From positions 166,471 to 230,470 of the forward strand of contig JANRKX010000046.1 of the NCBI GenBank assembly GCA_033763255.1: DNA of 64,000 bases, read 5' to 3'. How positions within the stretch are numbered: the first letter of the stretch is position 1; the number at the start of each line of letters is the position of its first letter. The notes below the pieces were generated by a model. That model was not told where the DNA came from, made no database searches, and saw only the letters and a program-made list of their open reading frames with translations. The translations under genes and the position numbers were made by a program. Below are positions 41,501 to 50,100 of this stretch, piece by piece. The DNA comes from Acidobacteriota bacterium. Lineage in GTDB: Bacteria > Acidobacteriota > Blastocatellia > RBC074.

Positions 41501-42328
41501 ACAGGTTATTACGCTCCGCCGGGTGCTGGCGGTTTGTACTTCCATCCGTTGCCGAATCCGATTCGAATGCTGGAAACACGCGCCGGGCAGCCCGGTTGCG
41601 ATACGCCGGGTGCTCCGATTGCTGCTGGCGTCGAACGCATTCAGCAAGGGCGCGTTTTCTGCGGAGGCGTCACCATTCCTGCCAACGCTGCCGCCATTGT
41701 CGGAAATGCGACGGTTGTGGCTCCTGCGGGAGCGGGCTTCCTGACTTTGTATCCCGGCAATGCGCCGAATCGCCCGTTGGCCTCGACTTCCAATTACGAA
41801 GCCGGACAGATCATGAATGGCCCGTTCACGGTTGGGCTGGCTACGGACGGCACTTTCAAGATTTATTCGCTGGCGACAACCGAACTGGTGATTGACGTGC
41901 TGGGTTATTACAGCCCCGACGCTGTGGATTTGAACGGCGCAGGTTTGCTGTTCAATCCGCTGCCGCGCCCTGTGCGATTGATGGATTCGCGTTCAGGAGC
42001 CACCGGCTGTTACACGCCGGGAGCGCCACTCGCCGCCGGTTCGACGCAAAACCAACAGGCTCGCGGAGTGTGCGACGGCATGACGATTGCCGCCACCGCA
42101 CAAGCCGTCGTTGGCAATGCGACGGTGGTCAATCCGTCAGGGGGCGGGTATTTGACGTTCTGGCCCAGCAGCGCCACACAACCTTTGGTCGCCAATTCCA
42201 ATTATCTGGCCGGGCAGGTTTTCAATCGCCACTTTACGGTTGGACTGGGAGCGGACGGCGCTTTCAAGATTTTCACTCTTGCCACGACGGAATTGGTGAT
42301 TGATGTCTCCGGGTACTTTGCGCCTTGA
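35582..42328 (+). CDS. Giant secreted adhesin-like protein: CSLREA-like motif, beta-helix-like region, ~6 BACON-like and ~9 putative Ig domains, 3 C-terminal repeats
   Basis: CTLREAI; repeated CxWTA...WITI...GNGTV; repeated GxLPxGLxL...G.ISGxP; three copies of FxPLPxPxRxLDTR...DVxGYx. Confidence 0.9.
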   Translation: MHTANRHPKLSLSLIVRLRRLARIVMPGLLVAFGLFSFSFIEARRGDAGEVKSVEALSSVRSAPAATITVNSLADGAPANNGQCTLREAIINANSNNQSGSTDCTAGMAGADTIVFNVGTGTPTINVTSALPTITEPVTIQGNTGGATRVELNGAGAGASVNGLTISAGNSVIERLVINRFTGDGIQITGAGFNTVKGCILGLDSSGTIVRANNVGVAIRGSSDNIIGSIAFADRNTISGNTTDGVLIASVSVPNPPNPPTVIAASRNKVINSYIGSDITGRFDVGNTSFGVNIAGGDSSIIGGATEDERNIISGNNGGGVRLGTTSATNNRVIGNYIGTDFTGVYPLGNGVSGGGGLAPGVLLNDAVNNSIGGTADGEFNFIKYNLQNGGVVLSGSNTVGNSILRNYISENVGKGIDKGSVPAVPNAPASPGVSVGSTTTTFSGSYLAGANQTYRFEFFLNNQCDSSGSGEGETYLGTTTATTNIITGIANYSLTLNDFVAPAGTFVTATATLVVAGTPRATSEFSGCSTVPGSGPSNCTPAFLPPSANFRHPGGTTSISVKLAGGCSWTASSNLTWVTIQSGASGTGNGTVVINVSPNTGSQRIGQITIAGQNYGVTQEGPCTASLDPAVRNYTAAGGPGVVELITGAGCAWSITNSNPWITINSATSGTGPTFVEFTVAAYTGTSLRIGTVLIGGQAFTVLQDQPCGATISPDAQIAAPGGGNYSSNITIPPGCNWTATTTETWINLGTTGGTGSGVLNYSVAANNGIQRAGIITVAGKTLAISQASNCQPTFSPENLTVGSGAGSHSFNVNIGPGCNWTPTTSISWITITSGSGTGNGTVNFTVTSNPGIQRIGTITVAGLNYTIIQDGACSYSLSETVKQFQVQGGTATVNVTAPNGCSWMSSTNTPWIVITSGSGTGNGTVNYVVATNGSGSLRTGTMNVAGVNYIVQQDGGCTYTVSPLTQAAPAGGGAFTTSVTTSSGCPWTASSNVSWITITSSLAPNPDERSSIGHNPAIKNGTAGTGNGTVGYSVAANTGPPRTGTIFAAGELVTINQASGCPITVSPANLTAGTLGANYSQTLSQTGGSGSITWSVSSGSAPPGLMLNPTSGLLSGIPTVPGTFMFTARATDSTGCYGEMPYALVINCQPLNITTASVANGIAGSSYSQTIALSGGNGQTDWTISAGALPSGLSLHPTSGVISGAPHVTGAFNFTVKATVNSTGCFTTRSYSMSVGCQTITINETLLGQATVGVNYNQTLTQSNGIGSINWSITAGSLPSPLALSLGGVISGIPAAAGSFPVTFRATDANGCFGEKSFNLTIGCTPFNITPASLPAANYNVGYSQQLSQTGASGAVIWSLASGSLPTNLTLSPGGLISGTPNVPGSFPITVRATEQTTGCFTDKAYTLTVNCPTISVTPTTLNVGTFGVNYNQQLSQTGGVGGITWSVSAGSLPANLTLNSSGLLSGPPSVVGTFNFTAKATDANGCFGERAYQLVIGCQSLGITPTSLSPIQIATPFSQQLTLTGGSGTTNWTISAGALPSGITLNPASGLLSGQANVSGTFNFTARATLQTTGCFAEQAYSLVVNCATINITPTTLNPGNMGVQYSQQLSQTGGVGGIIWTLSSGTLPNNINLSAGGLLAGTPVMSGSYSFTVRGTDGNGCFGERSYTLVINTCPVITIMPNALLNGAIGANYNQTLTASGGAGGYSFSASGTLPTGMTLSPSGLLSGIPGQVGPFNIIVTVTDQNGCTGSQAYTLFICSTITVNPALLPSGIVGTNYSQNLNAVGGSFPHTFNFTGTLPNGLTLDNAGLLSGIPIQPGTFNFAVTATDTNSCTGTRNYTVIISGTGLMFYPLPRPIRLLDTRAGQTGCDAPGAPIASGTSRLQTAAGRTCDGITIPATARALTGNITTVQSGGGFLTLYPSDATQPTVANSNYLPNQILNNVFTVGLGAGDGAFKIFVTSNTEVVVDVTGYYAPPGAGGLYFHPLPNPIRMLETRAGQPGCDTPGAPIAAGVERIQQGRVFCGGVTIPANAAAIVGNATVVAPAGAGFLTLYPGNAPNRPLASTSNYEAGQIMNGPFTVGLATDGTFKIYSLATTELVIDVLGYYSPDAVDLNGAGLLFNPLPRPVRLMDSRSGATGCYTPGAPLAAGSTQNQQARGVCDGMTIAATAQAVVGNATVVNPSGGGYLTFWPSSATQPLVANSNYLAGQVFNRHFTVGLGADGAFKIFTLATTELVIDVSGYFAP

Positions 42329-42446
42329 GAGTTAAGGTCATTTCCTGAGCATTGAATTCAGACCTTCTCGGAAGGACTTTTCCGAGCTTCGGTAACCCCA
42401 AGACAGGAGTCACGCACCCGGTGAGTTATCCGGGTGCCTAAAAAAT

Positions 42447-43499
42447 ATGACTAGAAAAATCCTAATTGCATTGATGATCTTGAGCCTGATGCTGCTTATC
42501 GCCACTCCGCCACAATCGGCGCAGGAGCGTCAGGTCGGCACCAGAAAGCCGATTGATCGGTCTGGGGAAAATCGCCAGATGTTGGATATGGCCGGAGCGG
42601 AAAAGTTACGCACCGAATTGGTGACAGCTTTTTCCGAAAGCGAGGCGTTGCTGAAATATCTGGCCGGGTATGACTTTCTTCGACAAAACCAGGCCATGGT
42701 GGGTTACGAAACTGTTGTTGAAGACCTGTCAAAAGAACGTGGGCGCATCGCACAACTGTCTTTGCCAGACATCATCGCTCAAGCCAATGGCTGGCCTGAT
42801 TCCGAAGCTCTCAATCGTGTCATTGAGCTTTCACGGCAGGTAAGGAACGATGAAAAGTTCAGGGAAGTCATTCGCAACGCCGAGCGATTTTCTCAGGCAG
42901 GAGCGCAATCCAGACCGCCGTCAATCAATGGTTTCAATGCACGTGGTGTGATTGCTGCGCCCGCCTACATTCCGCCGGTCTGCAATCATGACGATCCAAG
43001 CAACTATCCATCGGGAACCGATCTTGCCATTGCCAATGGGGTGGCGAGTGGATTGCACACGCTGGCCGATGTGTTACCGGATTTGCTGGGATTTCTGGTA
43101 AGCATTCCGAACTTTGTCAAAATCGCTCTGGTCATTGCCGCAGGCGTAACCGATCAAGTGGCAAATGCGCTGGCGGCAGTGGCCTCTGACGCCGAATACT
43201 GCGAAAAAATCCGTTTTTATATTGAAGACAAACTCGCCAACGAAAACGGCTTTACGGCAATTTTGATGACGGACGATTACTATCTTTCCTTCATGCTGAA
43301 ATCCGTTCGGGCGGCCATGACCAAAGCGACCAGCCAGGGAATTCCGACCAATTGCGGGACAACCCGGCTGGCCGAAGGAGCGGCATTTTTTGATGGCTCC
43401 GACAATTTCAATGGAGCTAACGGAGCCGACCGCGTCACGGCTTATAAAAAACTGCGCGCCGCTTTTCAGAACATTGGCGCTGCTTCTTGTGTGCAATAA
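42447..43499 (+). CDS. Secreted hypothetical protein, tandem paralog 1 of 4
   Basis: Signal MTRKILI...QSA-QE; RGVIAAPAYIPPVCNHDDPSNYPSG; ends NIGAASCVQ. Confidence 0.9.
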   Translation: MTRKILIALMILSLMLLIATPPQSAQERQVGTRKPIDRSGENRQMLDMAGAEKLRTELVTAFSESEALLKYLAGYDFLRQNQAMVGYETVVEDLSKERGRIAQLSLPDIIAQANGWPDSEALNRVIELSRQVRNDEKFREVIRNAERFSQAGAQSRPPSINGFNARGVIAAPAYIPPVCNHDDPSNYPSGTDLAIANGVASGLHTLADVLPDLLGFLVSIPNFVKIALVIAAGVTDQVANALAAVASDAEYCEKIRFYIEDKLANENGFTAILMTDDYYLSFMLKSVRAAMTKATSQGIPTNCGTTRLAEGAAFFDGSDNFNGANGADRVTAYKKLRAAFQNIGAASCVQ

Positions 43500-43598
43500 C
43501 CTTGCGATTGTGACCGAAAGTGTGACTGTGCAACACAGCTTGAAACTCTTGAAAGGAGCAGGCATCTGACGGTAAAGCCCGGATGTCCGACACTGATT

Positions 43599-44654
43599 AT
43601 GACAAGAAAAACCCTTATTTTATTGGTGACAATCGGTTTTCTGCTGTTTGTCTTGCCTGCTCCAAATTCCGCACAGGAACGTCAGGTTAGCAGTCGAACA
43701 GCCACCGGAACCAAGCCCCAGAACACAAGAGCGGTCGTGGATGCGGTTGAAGCAGAGAAGTTGCGGAGCGAAATGATTCTCGCTTATGAAGAAACCGAAG
43801 CTCTGATCAAATTTCTAGCCGGATTCAGCTTTCTTCGGGAAAGCACCGCGATGAATGGATACGAAACAGCACTTCAGAAATTGGAAGTCGAACGCAAGCG
43901 AGTCGAACAAATTTCCATCAGCGAATTCATCGTGCAGGCTGACAACTGGCCGAACCCGAAATTGCTCGACCAGATGATTGAAGTTTCCCGAAACATTCGG
44001 ACGGATACAAAATTTCGGGAAGTCGTTCGCAAGGCGGAACAGTATTCACAATTGACAGGGCAGTCGCGGGAAACTTCATCCCGAAAATCATCGAACTCCC
44101 GTTCGGTTATTGCGGCTCCGGCTTACATCGCGCCGATCTGCAATTTTGACGATCCGAGCAATTATCCGTCAGGAACCGACCTTGCAATTTCCAACGGGGT
44201 TGCGCTTGGGTTGCATGCGCTTGCCGATGCGTTGCCGGGAATCATTGGCTTTCTTGTCGCGCTTGATAATCCGGCCAGGACCATTTTGGTCATTGCTGCT
44301 TACGCAGTGGATCAAGTCACAAACGCATTGAAAGCCGTCGCGGCGGATGCCGAATACTGCGAAGCCATGATTCTGTATATCGAAGACAATCTGGTGCATG
44401 ACGAAGGACACGTTGCGTTGCTGATTACCAACGATTTCTATCTCTCTTATATGTACAAGACCGTCAAGTCGGCGTTGACCAAAGCGACCGGCAAGAGCAT
44501 CCCGACCAATTGCGGAAGTACGCGATTGGCTGAGGCCGCAGCGTTTTTCGATGCGGCTGACTCTTACACCGGCACGGGCGCGCAACGGATGACTGCGTTT
44601 CAGAAACTCCGAGCCGCTTATCAAAACATTGGTGCTGCGGCCTGTGTGCAATAA
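43599..44654 (+). CDS. Secreted hypothetical protein, tandem paralog 2 of 4
   Basis: MTRKTLI...NSA-QE; RSVIAAPAYIAPICNFDDPSNYPSG; ends NIGAAACVQ. Confidence 0.9.
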   Translation: MTRKTLILLVTIGFLLFVLPAPNSAQERQVSSRTATGTKPQNTRAVVDAVEAEKLRSEMILAYEETEALIKFLAGFSFLRESTAMNGYETALQKLEVERKRVEQISISEFIVQADNWPNPKLLDQMIEVSRNIRTDTKFREVVRKAEQYSQLTGQSRETSSRKSSNSRSVIAAPAYIAPICNFDDPSNYPSGTDLAISNGVALGLHALADALPGIIGFLVALDNPARTILVIAAYAVDQVTNALKAVAADAEYCEAMILYIEDNLVHDEGHVALLITNDFYLSYMYKTVKSALTKATGKSIPTNCGSTRLAEAAAFFDAADSYTGTGAQRMTAFQKLRAAYQNIGAAACVQ

Positions 44655-44788
44655 CCAGGTTCTGCAATGGCGGATTGTTTTGCGTTCCATAGTTTCGGCA
44701 GATCGAATTTGAAATCGAGTAATGCGATTTCAAACCCAAGAAAGGAATCAGCAACAGGGTCATCAGCCCGAATGCTGAACAGTTGAAT

Positions 44789-45820
44789 ATGACCAGAAAA
44801 ATCCTTGTCACTCTGGCAACAATCGGCGTTGCGTTATTTGTCTTTGTTTTGCCCCACTCGGCTCAGGAAAATCCTCAAGGCACGGTCGTGTCCGGGGCGG
44901 AAAAGGCGCGCTCCAATTTCCTCAGCGTTTACAGCGAAACGATGGCGCTGCTCGACTTTCTTGGCGAATATGAGTCAATTCGTCAAAGCGAAGCCATGAA
45001 GAATTACCCATTGGTTCGCCGACAACTTTCAGAAATGCATGATCGAATCGGGCGCATGTCTCCTGAGCAGGTGACGATGATGTCACGGGAACTTGACTGG
45101 CTGGACGAACAGTTCGTCAATCGCGTGACAAAGCTTTCTCGACAAATCAGAACCGACGTCCGGTTTCAAGCCATGGTTGAACGTGTGGAAAAAAACGGGA
45201 AGGCTTCAATCGGTCGCCCTCAAAGCGTAGCTTCTGAAACAAAAAGATTCGGAAATTCGCGCGGAGTTATTGCTGCTCCGGCCTATATTCCGCCCAATTG
45301 CAATTACGACGATCCCAGCGATTACCCCTCGGGAGTTGATCTGGGCATCGCTGGCGGAGTGCAGATCGCGTTGAAATTCGCCGCCGATCTGGCGCCCAGC
45401 GAATACCAGACAGCCTGCACGATGGTTCCCAACCCGATTCACATTGCATTCGCCATCGCCGCTGGCGTGGCTGATCTGGTGAAGATTGCACTAGAAGCCC
45501 TGGCCGCAGATGCGGGTTATTGCGAAAAAGTCAGGCTGTTTGTCGAAGACAAGCTGAAAGATGATCGTGGGCTGACGACGATTTTGATGAACGACGATTT
45601 TTACCTGACCTTTATGTTGAAATCCGTTCGTGCGTCCCTGGCCACAGCCACCACCGAAGGCGTGGCGACCAACTGTGGTTCCGCAAGATTGACGGCTGCA
45701 TCGGCTTTCTTTGATGGGTCTGACAATTTCATTGGAGCGAATGGCACTGATCGAGTCTCGGCTTACCGGATACTTCGAGCCGCTTATCAAAACATCGGCG
45801 CAGCTTCGTGCGTGCAATAA
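44789..45820 (+). CDS. Secreted hypothetical protein, tandem paralog 3 of 4
   Basis: Start set to ATG 44789 by homology (MTRKILV); RGVIAAPAYIPPNCNYDDPSDYPSG; ends NIGAASCVQ. Confidence 0.9.
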   Translation: MTRKILVTLATIGVALFVFVLPHSAQENPQGTVVSGAEKARSNFLSVYSETMALLDFLGEYESIRQSEAMKNYPLVRRQLSEMHDRIGRMSPEQVTMMSRELDWLDEQFVNRVTKLSRQIRTDVRFQAMVERVEKNGKASIGRPQSVASETKRFGNSRGVIAAPAYIPPNCNYDDPSDYPSGVDLGIAGGVQIALKFAADLAPSEYQTACTMVPNPIHIAFAIAAGVADLVKIALEALAADAGYCEKVRLFVEDKLKDDRGLTTILMNDDFYLTFMLKSVRASLATATTEGVATNCGSARLTAASAFFDGSDNFIGANGTDRVSAYRILRAAYQNIGAASCVQ

Positions 45821-45980
45821 GATGTTTAGCGGATGATTGAAAATCGGCCTGCGCCCAGCGCGGCCTTATAGCGATTTATAGGTCGGCCTGCCCGCGCGGG
45901 CGTATCCAATTGCAAACCGCTATAAACTCTCTGAAAGGAGTTTGGCTCCGGCCATCAAACCCGGATGCCAGATACGAACT

Positions 45981-47042
45981 ATGACCAGAAAAATCCTTAC
46001 CGCATTGGTGGCCATCGGCTTTGTGCTGGTTGTTTACCCGTCACCCTATTCTGCACAAGATCGTCAGATTGGTGACCGCCCAGCCATTGGAACCAGATCA
46101 GAGGAAAGCAGAACGGTCATGGATGCAGGCGAAACAGAAAAATTGCGACGCGATTTGATCACTGCTTACGAAGAGAGTGAAGCCTTAATCAGGTTTCTGG
46201 CCGGATATAGTTTTCTTCGGCAAAGCGACCCGATGAAAGATTACGAAGCCGTTTGCCAGAATTTGGCAGCCGAGCGGTTGCGATTGGAACGATTAACCGC
46301 CGCCGAATTGGCGACACAGACCGAAAAATGGCCTTATGCAAGAACCCTTGACCGTTTCGTCAAGCTTTCGCGGAGCATCAGGACGGATGCCAAGTTTCAA
46401 GCTGCGATTCAAAAAGCGGAAAGACATTTCAAGGCAGGCCAGCCCGTTTGGAATTCATCGGACGCAAAAACGATGAATTCTCGCGGAGTGATTGCGGCGC
46501 CGGCGTACATTCCTCCTGTATGCAATTTCGATGATCCCAGCACGTATCCGTCTGGCGTTGATATTGGCATTGCCAGAGGAGTCGCTCTGGCGTTGCATAC
46601 GGTGGTCGAAGCCCAACCTTCAGAGTTCATGATCTTTTGCGTCATGATTCCAAACCCACTCCGAATTGCTTTTGCAATTGCCGCAGGCATCGCGGATCAG
46701 GTTCTGAATGCTCTGCAAGCCATCGCAGCAGATGCCACCTATTGCGAATCCATTCGCCTTTTTGTTGAAGAAGAACTGACAGGCAGCAGTGGAGCAACCA
46801 CGGCGATTTTGATTGATGATGATTACTATCTGACCTTCACCTACAAATCGGTTCAAGCGGCACTGACAAAAGCAACCGGCACCGGAGTACCGACCAATTG
46901 TGGAAGTACACGATTTACCGAAGCGTCCGCCTATTTTGATGGTTCCGGCAATTTTACTGGCACGGGGCCGCAGCGCGTTGTCGCATACCGGCTGCTGCGA
47001 CTCGCTTACAACAACATCGGCGCGTCGGCTTGTGTTCAATAA
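45981..47042 (+). CDS. Secreted hypothetical protein, tandem paralog 4 of 4
   Basis: Start set to ATG 45981 (MTRKILT); RGVIAAPAYIPPVCNFDDPSTYPSG; ends NIGASACVQ. Confidence 0.9.
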   Translation: MTRKILTALVAIGFVLVVYPSPYSAQDRQIGDRPAIGTRSEESRTVMDAGETEKLRRDLITAYEESEALIRFLAGYSFLRQSDPMKDYEAVCQNLAAERLRLERLTAAELATQTEKWPYARTLDRFVKLSRSIRTDAKFQAAIQKAERHFKAGQPVWNSSDAKTMNSRGVIAAPAYIPPVCNFDDPSTYPSGVDIGIARGVALALHTVVEAQPSEFMIFCVMIPNPLRIAFAIAAGIADQVLNALQAIAADATYCESIRLFVEEELTGSSGATTAILIDDDYYLTFTYKSVQAALTKATGTGVPTNCGSTRFTEASAYFDGSGNFTGTGPQRVVAYRLLRLAYNNIGASACVQ

Positions 47043-47169
47043 CATTGCTCTCAGACCGCTGAATGAGCATTCAGCGCCGATTGATAATTTTGGTTTTCCT
47101 GATTCGTCCACTTGATCTGTGACAGAAGCTCCGTTTTCAGTCGAAGCTTCATTAAAACTGGAGAAAACG

Positions 47170-50100
47170 ATGCGAACCACACACACACTCAAAAAACACT
47201 TGCGGCGCGCCTTGTTGGCCGCCTTCGCTTTTGTTCTGTTAACTGCTTTGTCGTTTGCGTTCACACCGCTTTCAGCGGTTATGGCCAAATTGGGCGTGAG
47301 CAAACCGGTGAAACAGCTTTTGATGGCATCCGAGCGGCAAATCCCAACGAAGTTGCCAGTCAAGGAAGAAGCCAAACAATTGGTAGCTAATCCAGTGGCA
47401 GTTTCTAACGCTGCTGGCGCAACGGCGACGATGTTCGATGCTCCGATCACCAAAATTGCCAGCCCACCGAATGGGACGGCGGTTTCGGGCGGCCAGTTGA
47501 TTACCTACACCGTCACTGTAACGAATGATGCGGCGGTGGACGAAACGTTCGGAACCAACCTGCTTCGCGTCCGAGATGTCATCCCGACGAACACGACTTA
47601 TGAGCCGGGCACAGTCGCCATTTTGCAACAGCCCGGAAATGGTTCTTCAGCGTGGACGTGCAGCTTTGACGGCGGCAACAATCGCATTGAATGTCTGACC
47701 GCGGCAGGCGGGATTTTGCGTGAATTCGCTGTCTTCAAATTCGAGTTCAAGGTTCGCGTCAACAGCAGCGCGACGGGAGCCATCGTCAGCAACCAGGCGC
47801 AATTCTTTAACGAGCAGCAATCCGGCGTCGGAGTTGCGACCAACAGTTCCAACACGACCAACCATCCGGTGGCCCAGGCGGATTTGGGAATTACCAAAGC
47901 GACCAGCAACGCGAACCCCGTGAACGGCGGCGCAGCGTTCAGCTACACGCTGACCGTTACCAACAACGGGCCGGGTGCTGCTTTTGGCGTTGTGGTGACT
48001 GACCCGATGCCAGCGGGCATCGTTTTTCAAAACGTGTCTGTGGTGAATTCCAACGTCGGCGGTTTGGGGCTGACTTGTTCAGGCCCTCCTGTGGGAACCA
48101 ATGGCGTAGTCAGTTGTACCGGCAATTTCCCGGCTCCCAGCCCAGCGATTCCGACTTCGGTGATTACGATTGTCGCCCAGGCGGCGGCGAACCAGGCTGG
48201 TGGTAACCGTACAAACACCGCAACTGTTTCTTCCAATACGCAAGAACCGACGCCAAATGCTTTCCCGAACAGTGCTTCCGTTGGTCAGGTGCTACAGGTC
48301 AACGCGCCGCTGTCCATTTCCAAAACGGGACCGGCATCGGTTTGCACTGGTGATACGTTTACCTATCAAATTTCGCTCAATAACGGCGGGCAGAGCACTG
48401 CAATCAATGCGACCATTTCCGATCCTCTTCCTGCCAACACGACATTTGTTTCAATGAACGGCACTGGCCCGTTTGCCAACGGATGTTCGCACAATGGCGG
48501 TATACCAGGAACGGTAACTTGTTCGGCGATAGATGTTCCCAGCGGTCTTCACACCTTGAACCTCACGGTGAAGCTCAACGCGAATGCTCCGTTTGGAACT
48601 CTGCAAAACACGGCGACCATCCTTACCGCCGGGACCGGTACGATTGCAGTCGGTTCTTCGACGGTCACGACCGGAGTAAACCATTGTGCCGATCTGGCAG
48701 TCAGCAAAACGGCTCCGGGGTCAGTTGTTGCGGGTTCGACGGTTGATTACCTGATCAAAGTGACCAACAACGGCCCAAGCCCCATCAATGGTGGCGCGAA
48801 TCCCGGCGTGATTACGATTATGGATACGTTGCCTGCTCAGGTGCTCACTTTGATTTCGGCGAGAGCCGGAACCGGCGAGGCAGGCGGGTTCACCTGCACA
48901 CCGGCTGGGCCGCTGACTCCGGCTGGAGGCGTCAAGATTACTTGCGTAAACGCCGCCGGAGCCGCAGGCGATTTTCCGGCGGGAGCAATGACGACAATCG
49001 TGTTGAAAGTCGTCATTGGCTCGAACGCCACGCCCGGAACCAACATTGAAAATTGCGCGATGATTTCCGCGCCGTCCGCTGGACCGATTACCAATCCTGG
49101 CGGGCAATTCGATCTGAACACGTCGAACAACACCTCGTGCGCGTCTTCTGTGGTTACATCGTCTGCTGATTTGGCGACCAGCAAATCGGCTTTGCCGGTA
49201 GTTGACCCCGATGGAGCAGGGCCGTTGCCGCCAGTGGCGTTGCCCGTCGTTGGACCAAATGTGCCGCCCGGTTCGGTCAATGCTGGCGGTTATATCCGTT
49301 ACGATCTGCCGTTCGGAAACAATGGGCCGTCCGATGCGATCAATGTCATGCTTTCGGATCAGATTCCCGGCAACACCGCTTTCGTGGGCGCATTGGCCAC
49401 CGGCGGCGTGTTTGTTCCGGCAGCCCAACCTCCGGCAATTCCTTTTTCTTTCACGATTCAGGCCGCTGACGGAGTTGCGCCGCTTGGCCCGAACGTCAAT
49501 CTGACTTGCACGGTCAACGGAGCGCCCGGCAGCCAGGCGATTTACTGCCGTCCGCAAGGAAACACCGGACTAACGCCGTCTTACGCCGATGGCACATTGC
49601 CCGCCGGGTACACCGGTCAGTTGACGTTTTTTGTGAAGGTCAATGAATCGGTTGCGGGCGGAACGATTGTGTCGAACCCGGCCAATATCGCTTCTGGGCT
49701 TTGCCCGAACGCGAATGTGCCGATATTCCCGCCGGTCGTTTGCGGCGGCACAGATGATCCGAACACATCGAACAACACCACGTTGCCGACGCAAACGGTA
49801 GTCATCGCTTCGTCAAATCTGTCCATCAGCAAGATCGTTCAATCGGCTGTGACTTCGGCCAGCAACCCAAATCAAACAGGGCCACTTGGGCCGGCGACCC
49901 CGCCGAACGGAACGATCACGACGGGCACGGCGGTTTTGCCGGGCACGTTCCTAACTTACCGCATCACGCTGACCAACAACGGCCCATCGGATGTGTCAAA
50001 CATTCGGTTGACGGATGTGTTGCCTTCAGGGCTGGAAACGCCGCCGGGCCGAGTGCTTGGCGTGAAATATGTTTCGGTGACTCCTGTGCTGCCGTCCGGC

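Noticed and set aside
42329-47169. Integron cassette array or CRISPR-like reading of the repeated intergenic hairpins
   Set aside because: No integrase or cas gene, no clear attC core sites, no equal-length spacers; the genes are paralogs, so tandem duplication explains it.
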